Shown piece after piece: positions 29,101 through 40,815 of a stretch of 64,000 bases of DNA. The stretch is from assembly GCA_964016885.1 (NCBI GenBank), contig OZ024753.1, positions 27,218,001 to 27,282,000 of the forward strand. Direction: 5' to 3'. The stretch comes from Eledone cirrhosa (taxonomy: Eukaryota). The notes under the pieces are model-generated. The model had not been told where the DNA came from and did not search any database. It saw only the letters and a program-made list of their open reading frames with translations. The translations under genes were made by a program, and so were the position numbers. Position 1 is the stretch's first letter. Every line of letters begins with the position of its first letter.

Positions 29101-32100
29101 TTTAGAGGTTTTAAATATAGAATAATTTTTTTCCAAAATCATACACTACTGTTTTAAAGAATGAAGATGACATTTGAGAATGTAGTTCTAAATTATAGTA
29201 TGATCAACTACAAGTGATCTGCAGCTAAACAAAACAATAGCAACAACACGCTATTCTGTGCCGGATTTACCATTGTGCTTAGGTGTGCTTAAGCACAGTG
29301 TCCTTTTAGCCAGGAAGGAAGGCCTATCTTCCGGCCAAAAAAATTATGATGATGAATTTTTCGATTGTTTGGAGTTCATAACTTAACTATCACAAAGCCT
29401 CATGTATCCTAAATCCAGCACTGTATATATCTGTCTCTGACAAACGTAATTCTCTCGTATATGCAATTATAGATAAATGTATGATTTCCCGCTACATGTC
29501 TGTCCCTAGTAGACGTTACTTGCCTTACATAATTCACTGCATTATTTTCATTCTCTTTGACTTTGCCTTTCATCCTTACGGGTCGATAAAATAAAGTACC
29601 AGTAATGCACTGGGTGATTGCTGGCCTTGTGCCTAAAGTAGAAACAATTATTTTCATTCTCTTTATAGGTTAACTTTGCCTTTCATCCTTACGGGGTCGA
29701 TAAAATAAAGTACCAGTAATACACTGCGATAATTGCTGGCCTTGTGCCAAAAGTAGAAACAATTATTTTCATTCTCTGTTAAACATTTTCTGCTCGATTC
29801 GTTAGTCTCTTCGACAAGTCTTTAACAAATATAAAACCAAGAATGAGAGAGACAGTAATATACTAGGGAACCCACCTAAAGTTCTGAGGTTGATATTCCT
29901 TCCTTTCACTGCGTTGTTTCTCTAGTTTAACTATTCATTATGTAGGCTCTACAAGGTGGAACGTCTAGGGGCTGTAAATTGTAAATATTTCCTTAATTCA
30001 TAGTTGTCTTGATAGAAACATTAACAATAAGCAGCTCCGATTTCAATTTTTGAAGAATGATATGAAGCTATACTGTTATTTATCATATTTTTGTGTGAAC
30101 ACTTGTTCATGTTTTTAAACCTTATTTTTATTTTACTTTCAGAAATTTAATTTTCCTAAACAAGCAGGAATGACAATCGGGACATCAGATGATCCAGTTG
30201 CCTTTATTTTAGAGATTCACTACGATAATCCTTTAAACTTAAAAGGTAAAATTTATATTACTGTCATTATTACTACAGGGTGGAGTATGATTATCGATAG
30301 AGCACTGGATAACATGATTTATGGCATATAATTACGTCCCTTTATATTCTGGGTCCAAATCCCACTGGGGTTAGCTTTGTCTTTCATCCTTACGTGTTCG
30401 ATAATTTAAAGTATCAGTGGCGTCGATTTAATCAACTTTCCTCTCCACTTCAAATTGCTGGCATTGTGCCTAAGGTAGAACAAATTATTATTTTTGCCTT
30501 TCATTCTTACGGGATCCATAAAATAAAGTACCAGTAACGTACTGGGGTCGATTTAATACCCCCTCAAAATTATTGTCCTTGTGCCTAAATCAGAAACCAT
30601 TATTATTGAATTGGCAGTATCGGTAGAAGGTCGGACGCCATGCTTTGACGCATAGAGTTACGGCCCTTGCCATTCTGAGTTCAAATCCCGCCGAGGTTAA
30701 CTTTGCCTTTCATCTTTACGGGGTCGATAAAATAAAGTACCAGTAATACACTGGGTAATTGCTGGCCTTGAGCCAAAAGTAGAAGCAATTATTATTATTA
30801 TTGTTGTTATTTCTATTATTTCTGTTTTTGTTATTGTTGTAGGCTATTTCGATTCTTCGGGCATAGAAATGACCCTTATCCCAGCAAAGAGGGAATATGA
30901 CGCTGCAATGGTTGAAGTAGGATATTATGTGGGAGCAAGGAAGTCCTTGTTTTCACAACTTATCCCACCATTTGTCTCCAACTTCCGGTACTTCGGTTAC
31001 TGCCTACCAATCTGTCAGCAACATTTAGTAAGTGAAATTAGTTTGTATGTATCGACTTAATCGTATATATTTCCATGATTGGAGGTGGAAGACTGGGAGG
31101 GGGCACTTGCCATAGTGGTCAGGGTGACCGTGGATCTTTTGGACTTTCTCCACGAATCACCCTCGATGGTCTCCCCCCCCCCCCCATTGGGAATTTTTCC
31201 TTTGTTTTCAATTTTTATGTTACACCTTTTGTTTTTTTTCCTTTTATTTTTACATGCAGAAACCCATATTTGTACCATCCTGTACTGTCCTGTATTGTCC
31301 TTAATTTATTTTTTGTAAACTTTTTGTGGTTAATAAATCAATCATTATTACACTCACTGTATATATGCTTATACCTATGTGTCCATTTCAAAGGAAATAT
31401 CGAGTTTTCCACGGCGATGGAAAATACCCGGCATCAAAGTATTTGGAGTGCTTCTTCATTCTCATCTACTAGGCCGGAAAATGGCTCTCCACCATTATCG
31501 AAATGGCACCACACTGCCACCTATCGTTCAAGACAACAGTTATGATTTCAATTATCAAGAAATGAAATTTCTTCATCACCCTGTAACTGTTCTGATGGTA
31601 AGTTGTTTTTTTCTATTACAACTTTTAACGCAAAAGATATGTAAATGATCGCTCGACCTACTAAAATTAGCAACCAAATCTCTTTTAAATTACACGCTAC
31701 TGTTTTAGAAATTAGTTGACACACTGGATAATGTAGTTTGGAAAAAGACAGTAGATGTTCATGACTGGAATCTAAAGTCTATAGTCTGTCTTAAGCCAGA
31801 AGGCTCGTTAGGCCGGTGCTTATCCCTGTGTTATGGTGTGAAGCGACTGAAAGTAGAAGACTTCCCTTGGACAGGACACTAGTCCATCGCAGGGTTAAAC
31901 TCCCAGCTATTGCTGGTACTCATTTTCAGCTGGAGCAACGTGAAATGAAGTGAAATGAAGTGAAAACATGCAACCTAGCCTAGAAATCGAACCAACACCT
32001 TTACCACTAGGCCACGCGCCTCCACTCACTATTGGAAAGCTTTTGATTATAGGTCTTCTCATTTAGAGCTGGCCTGAAGTTAAATACGAGATTACGTTCG

Positions 32101-33857
32101 ATAGCACTAGCTAAGATATAGCAACATTGTATGTCATGAGCAAAACACTTTCGCCGCTGTTTAAGCCTTCTTAAAAAAAAACAAAAAAGCATGAAAAAAT
32201 GTTCTACACTCTCCCACCTTTTTTTGCTTCGTCATAAAAAAAGAACAATATTCTTAGCACTATATTTCTATTTTTAGGGTGACATATTGAAAGTGGAGTG
32301 TGTGTATGATTCTACAAATATCAACAATTTTACTTACGTAAGTAACACGGCTTTTATTATTTGATCTTTTTGCGGAATATTTCATACATAATTTTGTTAT
32401 AAGTATATATTTCTAGGATTGGTGAAATAACAAAGGCATCCTCGATTGTCCCAATGTACTTGGCTGACACTCATTATCATCATCTTCTTCGGCCGAGTTT
32501 ACACTCGCAAAGATTCAGCACGCTCTCTCCAATCGTCCCGGTCGAGTATATTTCTCAGTTCATCGATGTTATCAATGTTGGCATCTCTCAGCAGGGTATC
32601 AATAAATGAGGCCTGTCTTCCCACGCTTCTTCATCCGACCGCCGGTTTCCAGAGCACAAGTTGTGATGCTATCTCTTCTGGATGACGGATGCAGTGCTCA
32701 GCCAGTTTCATTCGTCTGCAGGCAACTTTTTTTTTAGACTGGTGGTAGTGATCTATATAGTTCCTTATTTGTCAGCTTCTGTTTCCAAGAAATGTTGAGA
32801 GCCATTCTCAACATCCTCGTGTAACTTTGTCAATAGTCCACGTTTCACTGCCGTAAAGCAGGACGGACTCAACAGTTGTCAGGAAGAGGCGCACTTTGAT
32901 TTTGGTCGGACTTCCACACTTTCAGTAGATTGTGGCATGCCGACCATTCTAATGCTTTTCTAACTTCAAAGTCCCTGCGTGAGCTGTGCATCCATGCACC
33001 AAGATACTTAAAGTTTTCAACTGTTTTGATTGTTGTACCGTCCTTAGCAAGAACTAGAGCTGGATCAACCTGATTGTAGTGCGTGATTTCGGTCTTCTTT
33101 GCATTGAGATGGATGACATCATGCTCGGCTATGTCAACAAGCTGATGGTCGGCGAGAAGCCTGACCAATGGTCAGAAAGTGATATGAAGCCACTACCAAA
33201 GTCGAGTGATCTCGGCTATACAGACAACTACAAGGGAATTGCATCCAAATTAGCAAATCGAATGCTCCTCAAAAGAATTCGACCAAAAATTAATCTACAA
33301 CTACGTCCGAACCAGAATGGTTTCCGACCAGGAAGGTAAACTATTGCGCATATTCTTGCATTGAGGAGATTAATCGAGGGTGTCCAATCACACAACTTAA
33401 AAGCTGTCGTGATATTTGTAGATTTTCGAAAAGTTTTCGACAGCATCCACCGAGGGCGAATGCTCCAGATCCTGAGAGCATATGATGTGCCTGAAAAGGT
33501 AGTTCAAGATATAGGACTGATGTACGAGGGTACTCGAGCTCGCGTATTGACACCAGACGGAAATACTGATTATTTTGAGATTCTCCCAAGTGTTCTCCAA
33601 GGCCACACGCTTGTACCCTTCCTACTTGCAATAGTCCTCGATTAGGCAATGAGACAGGCCATTCATGGGAAGGAAGAAGAGTTGGTTTTCAAATTGGATC
33701 GAAGGAGAAGTTGTCATCATACCATCTAAAAGTTGTCACTGACACAGACTTCGCCGATGACATTGCCTTGATCACAGAGGAATTCAGCCAAGCTCAAGCA
33801 CTGCTCACACGTGTCGAGGTTGAATCAGGCAAAATAGGACCACATCTCAATGCAAAG

Positions 33858-33904
<47 letters not shown>

Positions 33905-36900
33905 TAATATTGTTATTATTATTACAATAAATAATAGTATTGTTATTTATTATAAGGTACCGGTAACACAGTGGGGACGATTTAATCGACTTTCCCCTCC
34001 TCCCAAATTGTTGGGTTTATGCCTAAATTACAGGCAGTATCGGTAGAGCGCCAGACACCATGTTTTGCAGCATAGTTATTGCCCTTTGCGCTCTGAGTTC
34101 AAATCCGCCGAGGTTAACTTTCTCTTTCAGCCTTACGAGGTCGATAAAATAAAGTACCAGTGGTGCATTGGGGGTAATCGCTGACCTTGTGGCAAAAGTA
34201 GAAACTCTATAAAGTAGAAACAATTATGATTATTATTACTTTATCCTGCAGATGTAGAATATACTGGAGTTTTTAGTCATCTATCAAGTCACAACAAGGA
34301 TCTCAGACAGATAATACTTACCTTAAAATGTGTGCAGTGCCTAGCAAGACTGAGCTTTGTATGACACCGATTTTGCATGGTATTCTAAACTGCTTTAGAG
34401 TTGGAGTTTTAATGGGATTCACTTTAATACCCCGATCACAACTGGTATCTCTTTCACATTACCCTCTCACATTCCAAATAGTCTTTCCATCTTCATTTCA
34501 ATTCAAAGTACTTGGTGATTTTTCAGCCTCTTTAATTCTTGTAATTTGTTCTGGCTATATGCATTCTGAGTTCAAATCACATCGAGGGCAACTTTTCCTT
34601 TCATATTGGGGTGGATAAAATCGAGTTTCCTCTCTCCACTCCACAATTTGTTGGCCTTGTGTTTAAACTAAAAAGAATTGTTATTTCAATTTCAGGGCGG
34701 TCAATCCACAAAAGAAGAGATGTGCTTGGCGTATATTTTATATTATCCCAAAATTAATCTCACGAATTGTTTAAGTGCGAGTGAATCTAACCATTGGAAG
34801 ATCGAAGAAACTGACAAGTATGTATATTGCCATGTTATTGTGTTTTATTTAATGACTTATTGCAATATATATACATATATGAAAAAAAAAAAAAAAAGAA
34901 TGACTTCCCTTGTAGTTGGTATTCTAAACAATTTAATTTATAATTTTACTATTTTATAAATTTATAATTTTGCTATGTAGATCTAATCAGTTCTTTGTTA
35001 AATTCGGTGGAAAGTTTTTCTTAAAAATCCTGGTTAACTTTCTGGAGAACTTTCTCGCATTCGTCGGTGGCGATTGTCAAAAATACCTAACTGTATCAAG
35101 GATTTCACACATTTCCCAAAAGACCTTGTATCAAAACAAATATTCAACATAATGCTATACAGCATACACTAATCAATAAACAATGTATAACCGTACGTAG
35201 TTTCATACGAATACAGATTGTCTTTGTGGAAGATTGCTGTTATATCAATTGATTGGCGTTTTAACTTATGAAACTATTAGTAACAATGTAATAATTCTCG
35301 CATAGACTATAAAAGTATTGTGATTTTTGTTTTAGAATTTAAGGCGGAGGCATTTGCTACACGCAAATAATATATAAAATTTCTTTTGAAAATATGTTGT
35401 ATTATGAAATTATTATATAAATTGTACAACATAATTTTATGTTGGATAATGAAAATCGTTAATTTTTAATCATGTTTGTTACAATTAAACTTTATTTTCT
35501 ACATCCTTTAAATGAAACCCCCAGTCTCAACCTTGAGAGATTCAAAGACAAAAATGTTGTGAAAGAATTTGAGAAAAAAGCGAATTCCCTAAATCCTTAC
35601 TCCTCTTTGTGGTCCATCTGTGGACGTAGGGGCGATGTAAGTATGCTTGAATATATTTTATTTTGCTTTAATTCTAAAACTCTTAATAGATCTGTTAAGT
35701 AATATAAACAAGCCAGAGAAATACTTTTCACATCATCTCCGCTGTTACGTGAAAGGCGTTTGGAAATTCAGCTGAGCTTCTGGTTTTACGTGTTGGTGAG
35801 GGAGCTTTTTATACGGTCGCTTGACCTGCTAGAAATAGCTGACAATTCTTCTTCCAACCACATTCCAATGTCGAATAGACTGCTTTGCAGTTCTTGTTCT
35901 GCCTCGTTGTGCTCTAAGTTTAAACTTGCTGAGATTAACATCGTCTTTCACCCTTTCAAGTACCAGCCTAATACTGGAGTGTATTCTTCTACGATATTTG
36001 CAACCATTTTATATTTTATAAAATAGTTCAAAAGTAAAAGATTTTTTTTATTTGAGTGACACAATTTAGGTCGTGAGTCATAGCTGGGAGGACAATGGTT
36101 AAGCTGAAGAATAACTGACGACCTCTCTAAGGAGTGGTGTTTTTTTTATTTATTAAAGCTGGTAGACTTAATGAATCACCTGATTTAATACTAACACCTA
36201 TTCCTTGGGTTACTTAAGGAGAGTTCACGCTGTTATAAACATTCTAGCTAGGTCTCCCGTGTGAAGATAACTTCTTCCGTTTCTTCTGCCACCCTCGGAG
36301 GCCCTCAAAAGAGTTATGGGTGCTGTCGTTCCTCCTCTGAATTAGTCATTAAAAATGTCTCACTTGTTTAATATTATAGAAACCAGACTAAGAAGCAGTT
36401 ATATTAACTCTTGTGCTTTGTAAATTGGCTGATTTGACCTTTTATAACTTTACTTTATAGATCAAATTTCAAGGGCCTCTTTTTACAGACTATATCCCCA
36501 ATGATACCTCATCATTTTCAATGTTTTCACAAAAAAAGGTAAGTTGGTAAATTTGCTCACTCCTCTACATATATCGTTAGTCGAACCAATGGGTTAGGAC
36601 TTGGACGAGTTGATCTCAAGTCCGAGGAGCTTTAGGGCTGGAATGACTTGCTGATCATCCTCAACAACAGATTCAGCCGGACCATCACGAGTGGCGTCGT
36701 CATGGTACCAGGCATTGAAAAGTCATCGATAGCCAGCGCAAAGAGTAGTGAACCGACAGGGTCCTCTTGCTGGAAACCCGTAGAAGAAGTGATCTTGTTG
36801 TCAACGGCCATGAGTGTGCTGGGTGTCCCATAGGAGAGGTGTGCCAGGGAGAGTATCGAGGGACCACGTCTTAGACACGTCTCTAAAATGTGATCCCACC

Positions 36901-39900
36901 TAATGCTGTTGATGGAGTTTCGCATATCCAGCTTCACTAGGAGGTGGGGTGACGAAGTGACGAAGGAGGTGTGTGCTCTATGAAGTGTCTGGCTACATGA
37001 GCAACCGCCTCACATCCACATTTAGCTTCCACTTCGAGCTGGACAAGGTTTATGACCTCCGATTTTTAGTTTAGTTAGTATTTCAGGACATAGACATTTG
37101 CGTAGGTGAGCATTATTTATGTATTCATTTTCACCGTAAAAGAATTTTACACGAGTAGTGTGGTGTCTCTTTACAAATTAAAAAAAAAATAACCCCCTGT
37201 AAATAAATACATTTAGCGTTTTAGTTTACACATAAGTATTCTCTATTGATTATTTAGATTTTATCGCCTCTTTTGTAATCTTTGGCTGTATGTTTACTGA
37301 TTTTCCTTTATACAAAGCAATGTTAAATAATTTACTAATGATAAAGGATGAATCCTTTATCATTAGTAAATTATTAGATATTGCTTTGTATAAAGGCAAA
37401 TCAGTTTTCTATAAAGTATTTGTCATTGTTGCTATTTAGCTCTGTTTTAGTATTAATTTGGCAGACCTGTGATGAAAGACGTTCGAACCGTGACCACACT
37501 TCAGGTTTCCAGGTTGCGTTCACCCACAGACCTACCAACCTCTAAAACCCCAAACAGGGAATACCATGAAAAAGAGTGCCCGATAACGGAGAGAAATGAG
37601 GCAAAATGGGTAGATTTTACACTATGAAAGCTATATCCATTTTCACAAGAGAATACATCTCTCACCCACCCTAAAGATCTCCCCGTCGGACGGGGAGAGT
37701 TAACAGGTCTGCACCCAGAACCACACTAACTAATAATTCTTCATTTAAGACAGTAGGTTGCAATTTAAAAGAGTTTCGGTTAATAATTTTTAAAGGGTTG
37801 AACGGCGGTTTTTACTGGTTCATTACTTGAGAATTTATTTTCTTAGCCGGTGACCAGAAACGAATATGGATTTCTATCGGCAGTTCGATAGCTTATTAGA
37901 TCACATCTTTATCATGGCCTTTTCTTTTTATCTTTTCACTAAACAGTATCTGCAAATCTCTTTAAACAGACCTGCCAACCTCTAAAAACCCAAACGGGGA
38001 GTACCATGAAAAAAAATTGCTCCAAAAAGGGAAGAAATGAGGCAAAATAGGGAGATTTTACATAATGAAAACTATACCCATTTTCAGAAGAAATCATATT
38101 TCTCACCCACCCCAAAGTGGGTGGGAGATCTCCGCATCGGACGGGGAGAGTTGACGGGTTTGCTTTAAATTTCATTGGATATTGCTCGGCTACTGAATTA
38201 CACAGTACTTACATTATATTCTACTACAAGAAAGTAAGCGTAAACACATTGAATGCAACGAGCACGATAACTTTGATTATCACACGAAAGAAGACAACAA
38301 AATATTCTCATACTTATAATTCTTTTCAATTAACTTGAGGAAATGTGTTTCCTTGAAACCTCGTATGACTCTAAAACCCGGTCCGTCTGTGTGGTTACAT
38401 ACAGACTAGCTGACACTCACTGTAAAGTGTCTAGTGAAAAACTGAGTACATGTACAGATGTATACATGTGTGTATTTATATGCATACTAATACTTCCGTA
38501 TACATATGTAGATGTACACTTTAACTTAATTGTTTAAGCGTCAGTCATACAAAAGTGAGTTAGAAGCGAAACGAAATTTAATTTCGTTTCGTTATTTGTT
38601 TTTATCGTTTCCGCTGAACCGGTGCGTACAATGACTCACGTTCTATGCAAATTAGTCTACCCACTACTAATTTTCATAGAAAAAGCATATAACGATATGT
38701 GCTTTTACAATTCTCCAGAGAAGCCGGAAGATGGGTAAATATTGCTGATGAGATGTAATAACATCGAAACTAGTCCAATATTCCTGTCTGGCCCTCTGGA
38801 GAATAGAGGAAATGTGTTTCCTTGAAACCTCGTATGACTCTAAAACCCGGTCCGTCTGTGTGGTTACATACAGACTAGCTGACACTCACTGTAAAGTGTC
38901 TAGTGAAAAACTGAGTACATGTACAGATGTATACATGTGTGTATTTATATGCATACTAATACTTCCGTATACATATGTAGATGTACACTTTAACTTAATT
39001 GTTGAATAATATAATTTACTTTCTAGTCTGTGTGCAACAAACGACCCGCTTCAAGGAAACGGAAAACAACAACCACAAAAACGGTAAGTATTAACAGCAT
39101 TAATTTTTGAGGACGGAGGATTGGCAGTATCGGTAGAGCGTTTGACACTATGCTTCGTGGCATAGTTATGGCCCTTTACGTTCTGAGTTCAAATCCTGCC
39201 GAGGTTAGCTTTGCCTTTCATCATTACGGGGTTGATAAAATAAAGTACCAATTACGCACTGGTGTCGATTTAATCGACTTACCCTCCCACAAATTGTTGG
39301 TCTTGTGCCTAAATCAGAAACCATTAATTTCAAAGGATTTTCAATAAATTGATGACTGAATAATAATAGACGATTCAGAAACAGATGTATAATAAAATTT
39401 GGTTTTATCGCTGACAATCTCACTTTTCTCATAGGACTTAAGAAGGCCATGAGTACATCTTTTTCCTCCGGACCAAGACAATTAACCATTATGGCTACAA
39501 CCGTTATGGACTTTCTGTAGGTTTCGACAATGAGCATACATCTGAATTTACAACTTGTGACTTATCGTGTAAGTGGTTGAGTATTCCAAACACATACATG
39601 GACGCCAAATCAGTGTGACACAATATGTGACAAGAGTGGACGCTCAAATCACAGTTATGATGCACCCTGCGGAATTCCATACAGTTTTTGCTTGCCTAGT
39701 CTTACTCACGAGGCTTTGATCAACAGGAGGCTATAGTAAAAACACTTGCCCAAGATGCGATGCAGTAGGACCGAAACTCAGACCTTATATGAGCGAAGCA
39801 AACTTATTAACCTTTTAGCCAAGTCTGTGTCTTCGCCTAAAATGGTACACACATGTTCAGTATGAGACCAACACACACACACCACACACCACACACACAT

Positions 39901-40399
39901 TAATATTCTTTGTCTCACACTCACAAACATGCATCTATGCTTATTACGATAGATATACAGACCTACCAACCTCTAAAAGCCCAAACCATGAAAAAAAAGT
40001 GCCCCAAAACGGGAAGAAATGAGATTTTACATAATGAAAACTATACCAATTTTCACAAGAGAAGACTTCTCTCACCCACCACAAAATGGGTGGGAGATCT
40101 CTGCGTTGGACGGGGAGAGTTGACAGGTCTGCATATACAAGGATGGTGGATTGGCAGAATCGTTAGAGCGTCAGAAAAAATGCTCTGCAGCATTTAGTTA
40201 CGGCCCTTTACATTCTCAATTGAAATATGATACATGTAGATGAGTTTGTTTTATAACAACGATTTTTCATTCTATTTGACAGGAAGTGTTCACATCGATG
40301 TTCACATCGAGCTCAGAAGAAAACCAAGGGACATTACATTACATTAATCTAATCCTATTGACATTCCCCATGACCTTCACCTATGAACTCATATTGTGA
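23239..40399 (+). CDS. MOXD1: DBH-like monooxygenase (MOXD1 family), copy 1; spliced, 5'-incomplete. Exons: 23239-23385, 23546-23707, 24882-24965, 25449-25628, 30143-30245, 30843-31027, 31394-31597, 32278-32337, 34696-34817, 35525-35636, 39027-39083, 40283-40399
   Basis: All exons are AG/GT bounded and phase-compatible, giving ~510 aa without stops. Motifs: DOMON C-half (RVIWSYG..YH..RGTKS), TTYWC, CuH site VHHMLLYEC plus EIHYDNP, WAIGG, CuM site LLHSHLLG plus EEMCLAY, YDFNYQE. The last two exons are less certain. Confidence 0.93.
23546..23707 (+). CDS. MOXD1: MOXD1-like copy 1 exon (DOMON end: [11 protein letters not shown]...[15 protein letters not shown]...FLMNK)
   Basis: tgtag|ACG...AAG|gtaaat, 162 bp. 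Confidence 0.93.
24596..24666 (+). ncRNA. Minimal type I hammerhead ribozyme (Penelope-type) with long stem II
   Basis: TATTTTAT-CTGATGA-[long hairpin CAGATATCATC/GATGATATTTG]-GAAA-TGCGCA-TA-ATAAAATA. 8-bp stem I, palindromic stem III, AUA site; lies between (TA)n tracts. Confidence 0.72.
24882..24965 (+). CDS. MOXD1: MOXD1-like copy 1 exon ([15 protein letters not shown]...KHIIQ)
   Basis: ttacag|CTA...CAG|gtaac, 84 bp; same size as copy 2 exon 63714-63797. Confidence 0.93.
25449..25628 (+). CDS. MOXD1: MOXD1-like copy 1 exon (CuH ligands VHHMLLYEC...WAIGGD)
   Basis: attag|GTG...GAC|gtatga, 180 bp. Confidence 0.95.
25930..26073. mobile_element. Short hAT-like MITE (second copy ~29276-29423)
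   Basis: AGTGCCGGATTT...AAATCCAGCACTG termini; 5' sequence shared between copies. Confidence 0.55.
26949..27020 (-). tRNA. tRNA-Pro (AGG), intronic, antisense to MOXD1 copy 1
   Basis: GGCTCGTTGGTCTAGGGGTATGATTTTCGCTTAGGGTGCGAGAGGTCCCGGGTTCAAATCCCGGACGAGCCC, 72 nt. Intact A/B boxes and acceptor stem, oligo-T Pol III terminator right after, TATA-like sequence ~30 nt upstream. Confidence 0.95.
30143..30245 (+). CDS. MOXD1: MOXD1-like copy 1 exon ([13 protein letters not shown]...LEIHYDNP)
   Basis: ttcag|AAA...AAAG|gtaaa, 103 bp, phase 0/1. Confidence 0.93.
30843..31027 (+). CDS. MOXD1: MOXD1-like copy 1 exon (YFDSSGIEM...REYDAAM...IPP...GYC)
   Basis: gtag|GC...TTA|gtaagt, 185 bp, phase 1/0. 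Confidence 0.92.
31394..31597 (+). CDS. MOXD1: MOXD1-like copy 1 exon (CuM ligands LLHSHLLG...YDFNYQE)
   Basis: aaag|GAA...ATG|gtaagt, 204 bp. Confidence 0.93.
31800..32023 (-). mobile_element. tRNA-derived SINE with V-domain-like core
   Basis: Minus strand GGAGGCGCGTGGCCTAGTGG head and CCCTGCGATGGACTAGTGTCCTGTCCAAGGG core. Confidence 0.6.
32278..32337 (+). CDS. MOXD1: MOXD1-like copy 1 exon ([20 protein letters not shown])
   Basis: tttag|GGT...TAC|gtaagt, 60 bp. Confidence 0.92.
32470..33905. mobile_element. RTE-clade LINE with inverted 5' half, in an intron of MOXD1 copy 1
   Basis: 33110-33858 (+) encodes [31 protein letters not shown] and ends at HLNAK. 32470-33110 (-) continues HLNAKKTE...FKYLGAW...LLYGSETW to the 3' end. 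ATC repeats on both flanks. Confidence 0.88.
34696..34817 (+). CDS. MOXD1: MOXD1-like copy 1 exon ([18 protein letters not shown], CuM Met)
   Basis: ttcag|GGC...AA|gtatgt, 122 bp, phase 0/2. Confidence 0.93.
35525..35636 (+). CDS. MOXD1: MOXD1-like copy 1 exon (C-terminal region, LNLERFKDK...WSICGRRGD)
   Basis: ccag|T...GAT|gtaagt, 112 bp; phase 2/0 matches the preceding exon. Confidence 0.75.
36600..37060 (-). mobile_element. CRE-like/RLE non-LTR RT fragment
   Basis: [14 protein letters not shown]...[20 protein letters not shown], decayed RT motifs. Confidence 0.65.
38337..39004 (+). mobile_element. Penelope-like non-autonomous element with ~200-bp direct repeats and a hammerhead
   Basis: 38337-38535 is identical by eye to 38806-39004; the hammerhead abuts the second repeat. 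Confidence 0.7.
38710..38804 (+). ncRNA. Minimal type I hammerhead ribozyme (Penelope-type)
   Basis: AATATTG-CTGATGA-GATGT aata ACATC-GAAA-CTAG-TC-CAATATT. 7-bp stem I extended by ATTCTCCAGAG/CTCTGGAGAAT, 5-bp stem II, palindromic stem III (ACTAGT), GUC site at 38773-38775. Confidence 0.85.
39027..39083 (+). CDS. MOXD1: MOXD1-like copy 1 probable short exon ([19 protein letters not shown])
   Basis: tttctag|TCT...ACG|gtaagt, 57 bp, phase 0/0; called from splice signals only. Confidence 0.55.
39540..39830 (-). mobile_element. tRNA-derived SINE of a third family
   Basis: Minus strand TGGCTAAAAGG...GGTCCTACTGCATCGCATCTTGGGCAAGTGT head. Confidence 0.5.
40283..40399 (+). CDS. MOXD1: MOXD1-like copy 1 probable last exon with hydrophobic/GPI-like tail ([38 protein letters not shown])
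   Basis: tttgacag|GAA...TGA; small residues followed by a hydrophobic end; ATTAAA at 40428-40433. Confidence 0.6.
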   Translation, partial: EVFTSMFTSSSEENQGTLHYINLILLTFPMTFTYELIL

Positions 40400-40541
40400 G
40401 CAATGTGTGTATAAAAAATATTATTTAATTAAACACCAATTAATGTTAAATTATATTGATAAATGTAGCGTTTTGAACGTTGTTTGTTTTCATTTTCTAA
40501 CCTAGTTATAAATATATAAATATTTGAGAAAGGATTTTGGA

Positions 40542-40815
40542 TTGTATCTACCTAATAATAATATATTACTGGTACTTATTGTATCTATCTAATAATAATA
40601 TATTACTGGTACTTATTGTATCTACCTAGTATTAATATATTGCTGGTACTAATTGTATCTACCTAATAATAATGTTACTGGTACTTATTGTATCTACCTA
40701 GTAATTATATCCACCTAGTAATGATATATTACTGGTACTTATTATATCTACCTAGTAATAATATTAGTGGTACTTATTATATCTACCTAGTAATAATATG
40801 TTACTGGTACTTAGT
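40542..40815 (+). repeat. ~35-37-bp minisatellite, ~7 units
   Basis: TGTATCTACCTAATAATAATATATTACTGGTACTTAT repeated. Confidence 0.85.

Noticed and set aside
37847-37891. Possible extra MOXD1 exon after a good acceptor ([14 protein letters not shown])
   Set aside because: No GT donor and an early stop; an alternative terminal exon cannot be supported without RNA data
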